Below are positions 37,809 through 46,116 of a stretch of 64,000 bases of DNA, piece after piece. Below the pieces are notes generated by a model, which saw only the letters and a list, made by a program, of their open reading frames with translations, did not search any database and was not told the origin of the DNA. The DNA comes from a virus. The stretch spans positions 1 through 64,000 of the IMG/VR virus record IMGVR_UViG_3300033148_006964; one strand, written 5' to 3'. The number at the start of each line of letters is the position of its first letter. Within the stretch, counting starts at the first letter, position 1. A program made the translations under genes and the position numbers.

Positions 37809-38380
37809 CCACACTCTAACTAAAGATCGATCGCGGTTTTCTTTGCGCAAACTGACGTTAGCGTAGAAGACTGCAGCTCTTCAGATTAAGATCTCAAGAA
37901 GCTTTCGAATCCGCGATCCCTTATTTATAAGGGATATTAGTTTCGTGGCGAAACACCACGCTTTAAACTTAGAGTATATTTTTTTGTTCTCTTACTTAGA
38001 TGGATATGTTTCGCCACCCAGAATAGGTAATACTAGGAGAAGATCCCGCGTAATAACCGTGGGACGTTACGAAATTCCTGGAGGCGACCGGTTCCGCCGT
38101 GTCATCCATCTGTTGTAGAAACATACTCTGAGCCTGAATTTATTAAGTATTCGAATTTATTCGAAAATACGTGTAAATGTGCTGTTTAAACAGCGAAGCT
38201 TTAAACAGACAGGCGATAAGAGTATGCATTAAAGATATGACGAGACGTCATACCATTGCAATTTCTAAGAGAAAAATTTATTATCTTTTTTTTAGCTGTT
38301 CTCAAACTAGATTGAGCGAGTTTGTAACCTTAACTTAGTCACTGAAGATCCAGGATATACATCGACGGCGCCGCCCATAG
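37777..38380 (-). ncRNA. Putative large structured ncRNA of unknown class
   Basis: No ORF, elevated GC, at least eight complementary segment pairs including long-range ones, G-U wobbles mostly favouring the minus strand, terminator at the 3' end. Confidence 0.6.
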
Positions 38381-38416
38381 AATAAATATTATATTATATT
38401 ATACAACAAAACTAGC

Positions 38417-38580
38417 ATTCACTAAAAGGGTCTGTCAGCGACTTAGCAGATATGGTACATAGATGCTAATAAAGCGTTTGACAGAATTTTGCGCAAGCCC
38501 AAATTCAAAGAATTTGGATGTCTGAGCAAAATACTTTTAAGAGTGAATATAGAATACAGATGGTGAAACACCACCTATCT
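38417..38580. ncRNA. Putative small structured RNA or 5' domain of the large RNA
   Basis: Three-way junction (38417-28/38534-48, 38431-37/38479-85, 38487-92/38526-31 with inner 38499-38517 hairpin) plus a hairpin at 38561-73. Confidence 0.5.
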
Positions 38581-38622
38581 AATGACTTTGAGAAAACACA
38601 CTATTTTAATATAAAACCTTCT

Positions 38623-38636
38623 ATTATACTTATTAC
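38623..38636 (-). promoter_or_regulatory. Putative promoter, GTAATAAS-TAnnAT class
   Basis: Minus strand GTAATAAGTATAAT just downstream of the RNR stop and pointing into the non-coding region. Confidence 0.55.
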
Positions 38637-38658
38637 ACAAAGTTTATAAAAAATAACA

Positions 38659-41600
38659 TTATGAAGCAGGTAATTGGCATGAATCTCCATCACAATACTT
38701 TTCACCAATAGCTTGATTTATAAAATTTGTATAATTAGGTTTTTTCAAATTTTTTGACATTTTTATATAAGTAGCTTCATCTATTTCTTCATACGGAGCT
38801 TGTTTATATCCGTGATCATTGTATGGAAGCATACTTACTGATTTTAATCTAGAGTCAAATATTGATAAAGCATTTGCTATATCTCTGACTTCATCTTTCT
38901 TAAATGTAACTGTTATAGAAACTTGATTATCACACCAGTATTTTTGGTAATCTGAAGCGTTTAAAAATTGTTCCCACATTGTTACTTCTTTTTTCCCTTT
39001 AATAAAATATTTGGTTTTTACTGGAAATTCTACAACCATCATAGTATCCTCCTTGCCATAGCAAGGAACAACATTATATCCAGCTTCTACCATAATATTT
39101 ACTAAAGGCGAACTCTTAGCGACTATAATTCTTCTTATATAATATTCTGAATGAGCATAATGAATACCTGGCGATACTCCTGGCAATAACGATACTGAGC
39201 CAGAAGGTTTTACTGAGGTAATCTTAATGCTTCTTGGGATACATAACCAATCAGAATATATACCATCGAGTTCTCTTAAATATTTATAACCTTGTTGAGA
39301 CCATTCTAATACTGTTTGCCTACCGTGCCTGATAAAAGCATCGATAATTCCAGATTGCGAAGTACCAATCCTTCTATTACGAAGTAATACTGCGTTTGTA
39401 GGTTCCCAGTGAGTTGGTAACAATGTTACAGTCTTTGCATATAAATATGCATATTTAAGTGTTAGTCGATACTCATCATATGTCGCATGCAAAGAAGGGA
39501 AAGTTTCAACTAAATTGCATAATTCATATGATTCTAAAGTTTGTTCACTTTGATGTAAGTATATACCAGTACACGAGTTACAAGAATCATCTAACAATTT
39601 ACTTGAGATAACTCCAAGAGTATGGTGGCTATCTACAGTTCCGTTATATACATCTTCATGTCCATCAAATTCTACAGAAACAACTTTATGGTTAGCTATA
39701 GCGGCTAATTCTTTAAGTTGTTTATACGATGTTAGTGCAAATTTATTACCCGTAGACCCAGTTTGTCTTATTCTATAAGGAACACTATTTTGCTTGCACC
39801 CTTCCATCCATTCTAATTTAAAAGGATCTCTTTTTAATTTAAATTTAAGATCATTGTAAATTTTTATTTGAGATGCAAGTTTAGCCTTTTGTGTTAATTC
39901 AAATTTATCTTTTTGAGCTTGTTTTCTTTTTTTTGATCCATGCCCTGTATTAAGAAAAATTAAATTACATTTTTGACTACAAAAAGCGGTATTTCTAAGA
40001 CGATACGGAACATCATATTCTACTTTGCATTGATCGCACGTTCTAGTTATTATACATTTACCAACTTTATTATATTTAGCTTTTAATCCAGTAGATATGG
40101 CTTTTTCAAAGTATTCTTTTTGTACGCCTTTATGCCATTTTTTTAAACTTTCTCCTTTAAACTGAGATCTCCATTCTTCAGAATCCCAATATTTTTTCAT
40201 TATAATTTTTTGTTTTTCCATCCTATCTATAGTCTTATTGCCTATTTTTCTTTTAGTATCTTTAGAATGTTGTTTTCCATACATAGGATTTGATTCACCA
40301 GAACTATGAAATGAAATGTGTTCACTTTGAGGAATTGCCTCTAAGTTATTAATTAAATCATTTTTTTTATTTTTATCAATATGATGAATATGAACCTTCT
40401 TAGGTATTTTTTTATTAGAATAAGCTTCAAATATTCTTCTTGATTGAATATCTAAAATCCAATTCTCTTTACCAGGAGTGGTTTCTACATATCGTCGATC
40501 TCTTTTTACATAAGCTCTAAATGGCATTAAAGAATCTCCTGCTTGTAGCTCATAACATAACGCTATGTACCCGTCGCGCCTAATAAATTTATGGTCTTCT
40601 GTAACCCTAACACAACTTCCATCATCTAAAGTCACTTTATATACTGGTACCTTTTCACCAGTTTTATGAAATTGTCTCATATATGATATTGTTGATTTTC
40701 CATTTTTATCAAGACTATAAACAGGAACATCATTATCTTCATCAACTAGTTGTTTTATTGGTACAGCGTTTCTACCATCAGCTACGGCAATTAGTGTCTC
40801 ACCAACTACACAGCAGGGGTTACATCCGACTGCCTTATAGTCAAGATCATTTTGTGGATCTACCATACGGCTATATTTTTTTGCATTATCAAGCCAAAAT
40901 AAACCTGGTTCACCATTAACAGCTATTTTTTTAGCGATATCCGTATAGTCTTGTCCAACCTCTGCAAAAACACTATTATTTGAAGCCCATCTCCAGTTTT
41001 TTAATTCTTTAGGAAATAGCTTATAATCCTTCATATTAATAAACTGTTCATCGTTAGGATCGCCAAGTGCAATTAATGCAGTTCTTCTAACGTTTCCAGA
41101 TACAACACATTTTCCTATCATAGCGCAAATGTCAACTATAATAGTTGATGTTATTTTTTGGTCTATATGTGTTATTAACATTTTAGTTAACATATTTACC
41201 ATTTGTTTTAAAGGTCCTGAACCACTAGCCGTACCTCCAAAGCCTTTAATTGGAGCTCCTTCAGGACGTATTATTGAATAATCAAATTCAGGTATTTCAG
41301 ATCCAGTAAAAAAACCATTGAGTACAATACTCATGGTTTCAACCCAACCTTCTCTTGTGTCTGGAACTATAGCCGCCGTTTTAACAAAAGCTGGTTGTTT
41401 AATAATTATCTCACCAGCACCTTTAGTGTCAAATCCTACACCAACACCTAACATTGACATATCCATAAGAAAACGAAAAGGCCCAACAGGGTCTAATGCA
41501 AGATTTTTACTTGATACATACGAGCAATTTCCTGTAAGAATATTATCAGCTAAAGCAAATTTACCTTCATTTTTTACTGTAACACAAAATACTTCTTCAT

Positions 41601-42957
41601 ATCTATTTGTAGGAGTTACAGAATTTACAGTCCAATAGTTTTCTCTTTCTGTAGGCATTTTATCTAAAAAAGATTTTTTATGCTTATCCCTTAAAAAGAA
41701 ATCACTAGTTAAAAATTTTGATATAAAGACAACACTATGTATAGTATGTTCTCTATTAGTAAGATTTGATATTCGTTTACAACTACGTATTCTATTAGAT
41801 CCAATACCAAGTTTATAACAAACATCTCTTACAAATTTTAACGATTTTTTATTGCTACTATGTAATATTGAAGATCCGTTTGATACAGATCCGTCAGCAG
41901 CAAAATATCCTATTAGCCATCCTAATAAATAAGAACTATTTTCATGAATATCAGGTAATCTTTTATAATAATTTGGTAGATTTTTTATTATAGTTTTTGT
42001 CTTTTTCTCTTCAATATCTTTTTTATTGAAATAATTAGACAATTTCATTTTTTCTCCAAATAATTCTAATCGATTTGAATGGCGTTCTGTTTCAACTGAT
42101 GTTCCATCTCCGTAACATATTCCATGCATAATTCCTATTGAAGATGGTTTTAAGTTTGAAGAATTTAAACAGTTTTGACCAAAGACACATTGTAATTTAT
42201 GTTTATTTGGTCTAAGGTCTTTTGTTAAAAATTCTACATATTTAAAATTTCTATATTTAACTCTTCTATCTATACAAAACCACCTATGGTCTTTTGTTGT
42301 AAAGATTGTTTTTTTTACACCACATCTAGTTAAAATTAATTCATATAACTGTTGTTTTCCAAAACTATTAATTGGAGCTTTTACCCACTTACCATTATTT
42401 GTAAGGATGGTTTGTTGGGTGTCTTTACAATCTCCTAGTTTTTTTACACCTTCGCTAGTTATAAACTCAGTATTATATTCAAAACAATTATTTAAACATG
42501 CTGCTCCTACTTTATTAACGTGCTCAGTGTTTGACATCCATATGCCTCTACCTGGAGGAAGGAACTTCATATTAAATATTAAATCATACATGATCTTTGC
42601 TGATGCTTGAGCTTTACCGTTATACCATGGAACTCTATGAGAAAAACAATGTCGTTTTTGTATTGTAAAGCAACCTTCCACAACACGTCTAACAGTTTCA
42701 AACCATTTTTCTTTTTTTGTTTTTCCATATTCATCTTCATATGTTCTTGAGTAAGTCCTCATATAAGTAAATTCACCCAGAGGCCCCCAAGGTACTTTTT
42801 TCTTGGCATAACCTTGCACAAATTCTTCACTTAAATAAAAAGGTATAAATCTTGATGAGGTTTCTTCTTGTACAAAAAAACCACTATTTGACTTTAAAAC
42901 TGAACCATGCAAGTTGTCAGCCAAAATTTCCTCCTCAGTTTTTGATATTATATCCAT
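38659..42957 (-). CDS. nrdJ: Class II (B12-dependent) ribonucleoside-triphosphate reductase with two inteins
   Basis: TYMRTYSR, FLPPGRG, LNNC, VVSGNVRR, GEPG, NPC/SEQ.LE..ELCNLVE, VKPSGSVS, C-terminal YCDGDSC. About 691 aa after intein removal. Confidence 0.95.
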   Translation of the reverse strand: MDIISKTEEEILADNLHGSVLKSNSGFFVQEETSSRFIPFYLSEEFVQGYAKKKVPWGPLGEFTYMRTYSRTYEDEYGKTKKEKWFETVRRVVEGCFTIQKRHCFSHRVPWYNGKAQASAKIMYDLIFNMKFLPPGRGIWMSNTEHVNKVGAACLNNCFEYNTEFITSEGVKKLGDCKDTQQTILTNNGKWVKAPINSFGKQQLYELILTRCGVKKTIFTTKDHRWFCIDRRVKYRNFKYVEFLTKDLRPNKHKLQCVFGQNCLNSSNLKPSSIGIMHGICYGDGTSVETERHSNRLELFGEKMKLSNYFNKKDIEEKKTKTIIKNLPNYYKRLPDIHENSSYLLGWLIGYFAADGSVSNGSSILHSSNKKSLKFVRDVCYKLGIGSNRIRSCKRISNLTNREHTIHSVVFISKFLTSDFFLRDKHKKSFLDKMPTERENYWTVNSVTPTNRYEEVFCVTVKNEGKFALADNILTGNCSYVSSKNLALDPVGPFRFLMDMSMLGVGVGFDTKGAGEIIIKQPAFVKTAAIVPDTREGWVETMSIVLNGFFTGSEIPEFDYSIIRPEGAPIKGFGGTASGSGPLKQMVNMLTKMLITHIDQKITSTIIVDICAMIGKCVVSGNVRRTALIALGDPNDEQFINMKDYKLFPKELKNWRWASNNSVFAEVGQDYTDIAKKIAVNGEPGLFWLDNAKKYSRMVDPQNDLDYKAVGCNPCCVVGETLIAVADGRNAVPIKQLVDEDNDVPVYSLDKNGKSTISYMRQFHKTGEKVPVYKVTLDDGSCVRVTEDHKFIRRDGYIALCYELQAGDSLMPFRAYVKRDRRYVETTPGKENWILDIQSRRIFEAYSNKKIPKKVHIHHIDKNKKNDLINNLEAIPQSEHISFHSSGESNPMYGKQHSKDTKRKIGNKTIDRMEKQKIIMKKYWDSEEWRSQFKGESLKKWHKGVQKEYFEKAISTGLKAKYNKVGKCIITRTCDQCKVEYDVPYRLRNTAFCSQKCNLIFLNTGHGSKKRKQAQKDKFELTQKAKLASQIKIYNDLKFKLKRDPFKLEWMEGCKQNSVPYRIRQTGSTGNKFALTSYKQLKELAAIANHKVVSVEFDGHEDVYNGTVDSHHTLGVISSKLLDDSCNSCTGIYLHQSEQTLESYELCNLVETFPSLHATYDEYRLTLKYAYLYAKTVTLLPTHWEPTNAVLLRNRRIGTSQSGIIDAFIRHGRQTVLEWSQQGYKYLRELDGIYSDWLCIPRSIKITSVKPSGSVSLLPGVSPGIHYAHSEYYIRRIIVAKSSPLVNIMVEAGYNVVPCYGKEDTMMVVEFPVKTKYFIKGKKEVTMWEQFLNASDYQKYWCDNQVSITVTFKKDEVRDIANALSIFDSRLKSVSMLPYNDHGYKQAPYEEIDEATYIKMSKNLKKPNYTNFINQAIGEKYCDGDSCQLPAS
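39550..40812 (-). mobile_element. Intein 2 (421 aa, HNH endonuclease, C-terminal Gln)
   Basis: Starts CVVGETLI, block F VYNGTVDSHH, ends IYLHQ followed by +1 Ser. Contains IHHIDKNKKND..NNL (HNH), NPMYGKQHS (NUMOD3-like) and CDQC..CSQKC. Confidence 0.9.
41527..42486 (-). mobile_element. Intein 1 (320 aa, LAGLIDADG endonuclease)
   Basis: Starts CFEYNTEF, ends ILTGN followed by +1 Cys. HGICYGDG and GYFAADG motifs. Confidence 0.9.
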
Positions 42958-43136
42958 AAAGGTTTATCTTCATTCTTTTTTGGGGTTGCTGCGTATTTTT
43001 TCTTTTTATAATATTGTTCAATTTCGATTGGAACTTCTTTATCATTATTAACTGCGTTAATATTATGAATCATTCCAAAGAATTTATCCTTAAAGTTTTC
43101 AGGCATTGATAGTGACACATAAACACGATCCGACAT
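42948..43136 (-). CDS. Small ribbon-helix-helix-like protein
   Basis: RVYVSLSMPENFKDKF has the RHH beta-then-helix pattern. AGGAG RBS. Confidence 0.45.
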   Translation of the reverse strand: MSDRVYVSLSMPENFKDKFFGMIHNINAVNNDKEVPIEIEQYYKKKKYAATPKKNEDKPLWI

Positions 43137-43165
43137 CTTATCTCCTTTATATAAATAACTATTCC

Positions 43166-43179
43166 ATAATAGTTATTAC
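43166..43179 (-). promoter_or_regulatory. Putative promoter, GTAATAAS-TAnnAT class
   Basis: GTAATAACTATTAT upstream of the RHH-like and nrdJ genes. Confidence 0.55.
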
Positions 43180-43208
43180 ACAAAGGAGGATAAGATAACA
43201 AAAGCGGA

Positions 43209-43664
43209 TCATGGAGATCCGCTTTTATCTATTTTAGCATCATATTCATCTTTAACAAAACCTATAGGAGCACTATTCCAATGATGCATTCTAAATGCCG
43301 CAATCATTTGAGGATATGCTTTTTCTATCATGATAATATTATCATGATCTGAATTTTCTATGGTATTTGCTAGACCAGTTACCAACGCGCCACTCATATA
43401 CTTGTACCAATAAAAAGATCCCCTTTTACATGTGTCTGCATTATATTTAATTTTTCTCTTTGTATCAGGAGTCGCAATGATTGGATGTAATGATACAGGC
43501 ACTTTGTTCCAGTTCGGTTCTTTAAATGCGTCAACCATATGAGGATACATTGATTTTATTTTATTAAGATTATTATTATCTGCATGCTGTATTGCTTGTG
43601 TAAGGCTTTTAAAAAAGTCCGATTGTTGTGCCATATACCATTCAAAACAACCTTTTTCAAACAT
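43209..43664 (-). CDS. Hypothetical protein with a duplicated ~50-aa domain
   Basis: Likely start ATG 43664 after GGAG. The unit (K/R)G.F.WY....L...I...D..N...I...YP.M..AF....W occurs twice. Confidence 0.6.
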   Translation of the reverse strand: MFEKGCFEWYMAQQSDFFKSLTQAIQHADNNNLNKIKSMYPHMVDAFKEPNWNKVPVSLHPIIATPDTKRKIKYNADTCKRGSFYWYKYMSGALVTGLANTIENSDHDNIIMIEKAYPQMIAAFRMHHWNSAPIGFVKDEYDAKIDKSGSP

Positions 43665-43761
43665 AATATTCTCCGTTTCACTTTTTTTTAAAAATTTTAA
43701 AAACTTAATTGATAAGATCAGTATTATTATTAAAACAACACCGATCCCCATTAATACATTA

Positions 43762-44031
43762 TTACAGATCAACAAAATTTTTAATACTCATTTCAATTTT
43801 TATACTACCTTTTTTAGGTAACGGCATTTCACCAAGAGCTATTCCTTCATCGTTATACGCTACTACTTTTACTGGTATTAAACTTGTTTTCTTTCCTTCT
43901 TGCCCACGCTTATCCGCTATCACCGCAAGATCTTCATTGATATCAAAACCCTGTCCTTCTTTATAAACTGATGGATCTTCATCTTTAGTTTTAAGGTCTT
44001 TGAAATTAAGCAACTTATTATTATCTGGCAT
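43762..44031 (-). CDS. Hypothetical protein
   Basis: Start moved to ATG 44031 after GGAGGAG. Confidence 0.6.
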   Translation of the reverse strand: MPDNNKLLNFKDLKTKDEDPSVYKEGQGFDINEDLAVIADKRGQEGKKTSLIPVKVVAYNDEGIALGEMPLPKKGSIKIEMSIKNFVDL

Positions 44032-44055
44032 AACTCCTCCTAATAAAAAAAAATA

Positions 44056-44085
44056 AAAAAAGAGGTTGATATACAACCTCTTTTA
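44056..44085. terminator. Bidirectional terminator
   Basis: AGAGGTTG/CAACCTCT stem with flanking A and T tracts. Confidence 0.75.
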
Positions 44086-44092
44086 AATTGAT

Positions 44093-44230
44093 TTACACTC
44101 TATTAATCCTTCTACTGTTTTTTTTCATTTCCTTTCTGATTCTTTTTTTTGCTACATAATTTCTTGGCCTTATCTTTGATTTAATACTTCCAATACCGGT
44201 TGGATTTAAAATTGAATCTAATGCATGCAT
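44093..44230 (-). CDS. Small basic protein (45 aa)
   Basis: Not in track. AGGAGG RBS, MHALDSILNPTGIGSIKSKIRPRNYVAKKRIRKEMKKNSRRINRV. Confidence 0.65.
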   Translation of the reverse strand: MHALDSILNPTGIGSIKSKIRPRNYVAKKRIRKEMKKNSRRINRV

Positions 44231-44268
44231 ACGGCCTCCTTTTTTAGCCACCCTTTAAGTATGTTTGT

Positions 44269-44415
44269 TTAAGCTTCAAATATATTTGCTAAAACATTAT
44301 CATCTTCATCAAATAAGTTTTTGTTTGATTGTGTTTTTCCGATGAACCCCTCATTAAAATTTTCATTTCTTTCACTAGGTAATAAATCATTATCATATAA
44401 TTCATCATCTTCCAT
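44269..44415 (-). CDS. Small acidic protein (48 aa)
   Basis: Not in track. AAGGAG RBS, MEDDELYDNDLLPSERNENFNEGFIGKTQSNKNLFDEDDNVLANIFEA. Confidence 0.6.
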   Translation of the reverse strand: MEDDELYDNDLLPSERNENFNEGFIGKTQSNKNLFDEDDNVLANIFEA

Positions 44416-44529
44416 TATAAACTCCTTGATATAATATGTAAGATCTTTAAATATTATATATCATTGGAGCTTTATATTGCAAATTATATGTTAAGATTTT
44501 TTTTAATTATAAAGATAATAACTGTTCCC

Positions 44530-44543
44530 ATATTAGTTATTAC
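44530..44543 (-). promoter_or_regulatory. Putative promoter, GTAATAAS-TAnnAT class
   Basis: GTAATAACTAATAT upstream of the small-ORF pair. Confidence 0.5.
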
Positions 44544-44562
44544 GTAAAAAAAAGAAAAATCA

Positions 44563-44597
44563 CAAAAAAAAAGACAAAGCAAATCGCTTTGTCTTTT
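44563..44597. terminator. Bidirectional terminator
   Basis: AAAAGACAAAGC/GCTTTGTCTTTT stem, downstream of 44624..45391. Confidence 0.8.
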
Positions 44598-44623
44598 AAT
44601 ATTAAATAAGAACTGTTATGTCA

Positions 44624-45391
44624 TTATACAGTGCGTTTCCATTCTTCATTTATATAACTATATATTTGTCTCTCATTATAGCATAAGATTGGAACCCCAG
44701 AAATAATAACAGCAACTTTATAACCATCTTTTATGGGCATTAAGTATTTATTTTTATTAATACTAGCCTGGGCAGTTTCAATATCATCAAAATAATCTCT
44801 AACCTGTACAGTTTTAGTTTTTTCATTTATAGAGTATTCAACTGTAAATCCAGCTATTTCATATTTATCATCAACAGAGTCTATATCTATATCAGGTATA
44901 ATCTGACCACCTTCATTTGCTGGATCACTTACTTGTTCTTTCATCATTTCTGTTGTCTTTGTATTTATAATGCCACCTTCAATTTCATTATTAGACCTAA
45001 CGTCTTGTACACTACTTGGGTCAAATCCTGGGTTTTTAGATTTAGGCATTGCAGGTAGTTCGCCTTTTTTTAATTCTATTATATTAGGTTTAGAGTCTGT
45101 TTTTTCATCTTCACTATCAATAGGATGCGCTATGTCTTCCATTACCGCTGTATTTGTATCGTCTTCTACATTTTCTGGTTCAGATGTTTCCGCAATCTCT
45201 TCTAAAGTTTTAGCGTTAACAGCTTCAGGAGCTTCCTGGGCGTCTTTAATAAGATCTTCCATAGGATTACCAGAAGAGCCAGCATTGTACTCTATAGAGC
45301 CTTCTCCTTTTGCTGTTACAGATTCAACATCAACATCCTTAGATTCTTCATTTTCTGCATGTACATTAGTTTTTTCTTCGTTCATTACCAT
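44624..45391 (-). CDS. Acidic, largely disordered hypothetical protein
   Basis: 255 aa with GGAGG RBS, E/D-rich N-terminus and a folded-looking C-terminal ~75 aa. Confidence 0.7.
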   Translation of the reverse strand: MVMNEEKTNVHAENEESKDVDVESVTAKGEGSIEYNAGSSGNPMEDLIKDAQEAPEAVNAKTLEEIAETSEPENVEDDTNTAVMEDIAHPIDSEDEKTDSKPNIIELKKGELPAMPKSKNPGFDPSSVQDVRSNNEIEGGIINTKTTEMMKEQVSDPANEGGQIIPDIDIDSVDDKYEIAGFTVEYSINEKTKTVQVRDYFDDIETAQASINKNKYLMPIKDGYKVAVIISGVPILCYNERQIYSYINEEWKRTV

Positions 45392-45400
45392 CCTCCAGCA

Positions 45401-45739
45401 TTAAAGTTTATTATTTCGGTTTTGTAATTCTTTATCCATGGTTTCAAATATAGATATTATTGATGACTTTATAAGTTCATCTTTTAATATTATGTAAATC
45501 GGGTATTCAAGATTAAGCACCCCACTGGGGTCAATTATGCCTATTTCGCAATTAAAAAGGTGTTTTCTAAGAAAAGATACTGCATTAATAAGTTTTGATT
45601 TATCTAATAATTTAACATGATATTCGCCTTTTGGCTTTTCATCAATAAGGACTTCACGAATTTCAAAAAATTTATATTCCATTATAGCATAATGGATATT
45701 TTGTGGTTGAGTTGGTATGCCGTATCTATACGATTTCAC
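45401..45739 (-). CDS. Hypothetical protein
   Basis: 112 aa, overlaps the upstream gene by 4 nt. Confidence 0.6.
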   Translation of the reverse strand: MKSYRYGIPTQPQNIHYAIMEYKFFEIREVLIDEKPKGEYHVKLLDKSKLINAVSFLRKHLFNCEIGIIDPSGVLNLEYPIYIILKDELIKSSIISIFETMDKELQNRNNKL

Positions 45740-45939
45740 TTAGCGTCCTGGATTGATAATTTTATTTTAAATTTATTGGGATCATCAATATATGAATCTA
45801 TGAAAGCTGATAATATAGATTGCATAGTCGTTCCATTTTTATGAGCAGTTTCTTTAAATTCTTTTCTTTGTACATTTAAAAGTTTTAAATTTAATGTAGA
45901 CACTTTGTCTTCGCTTAGATCATTAATATTATTTATCAT
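45736..45939 (-). CDS. Ribbon-helix-helix (ParG/CopG-like) DNA-binding protein
   Basis: STLNLKLLNVQRKEFKETAHKNGTTMQSILSAFIDSY. Confidence 0.65.
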   Translation of the reverse strand: MINNINDLSEDKVSTLNLKLLNVQRKEFKETAHKNGTTMQSILSAFIDSYIDDPNKFKIKLSIQDAK

Positions 45940-46116
45940 ATTTAGTCCTATTTTTATTATTATATTTTATATATTGTTTAATATAATATATGATAATGTT
46001 TTATGCAAATAATTTGTGATAATATATTATTTTATATATTATTTTATATGTTGCATTATATGGGTTAAAATATTATTTTATAATCATTGACTAATTAAAT
46101 GCAATAAGGAGGCATT

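Noticed and set aside
37900-37920. TTCGAATCC resembling a tRNA T-loop
   Set aside because: No flanking T-stem, acceptor stem or cloverleaf could be built. No tRNA was recognised in the window, although tRNAscan-SE was not run.
37777-38600. Group I intron, RNase P or tmRNA identity for the non-coding region
   Set aside because: No interrupted gene flanks it, and I did not find RNase P (GGAAAGUCC) or tmRNA terminal motifs by eye. A covariance search is still needed.
43665-43775. N-terminal membrane anchor on the 43209 ORF
   Set aside because: The extension overlaps the upstream gene and lacks an RBS, while ATG 43664 has one. It is probably not translated.
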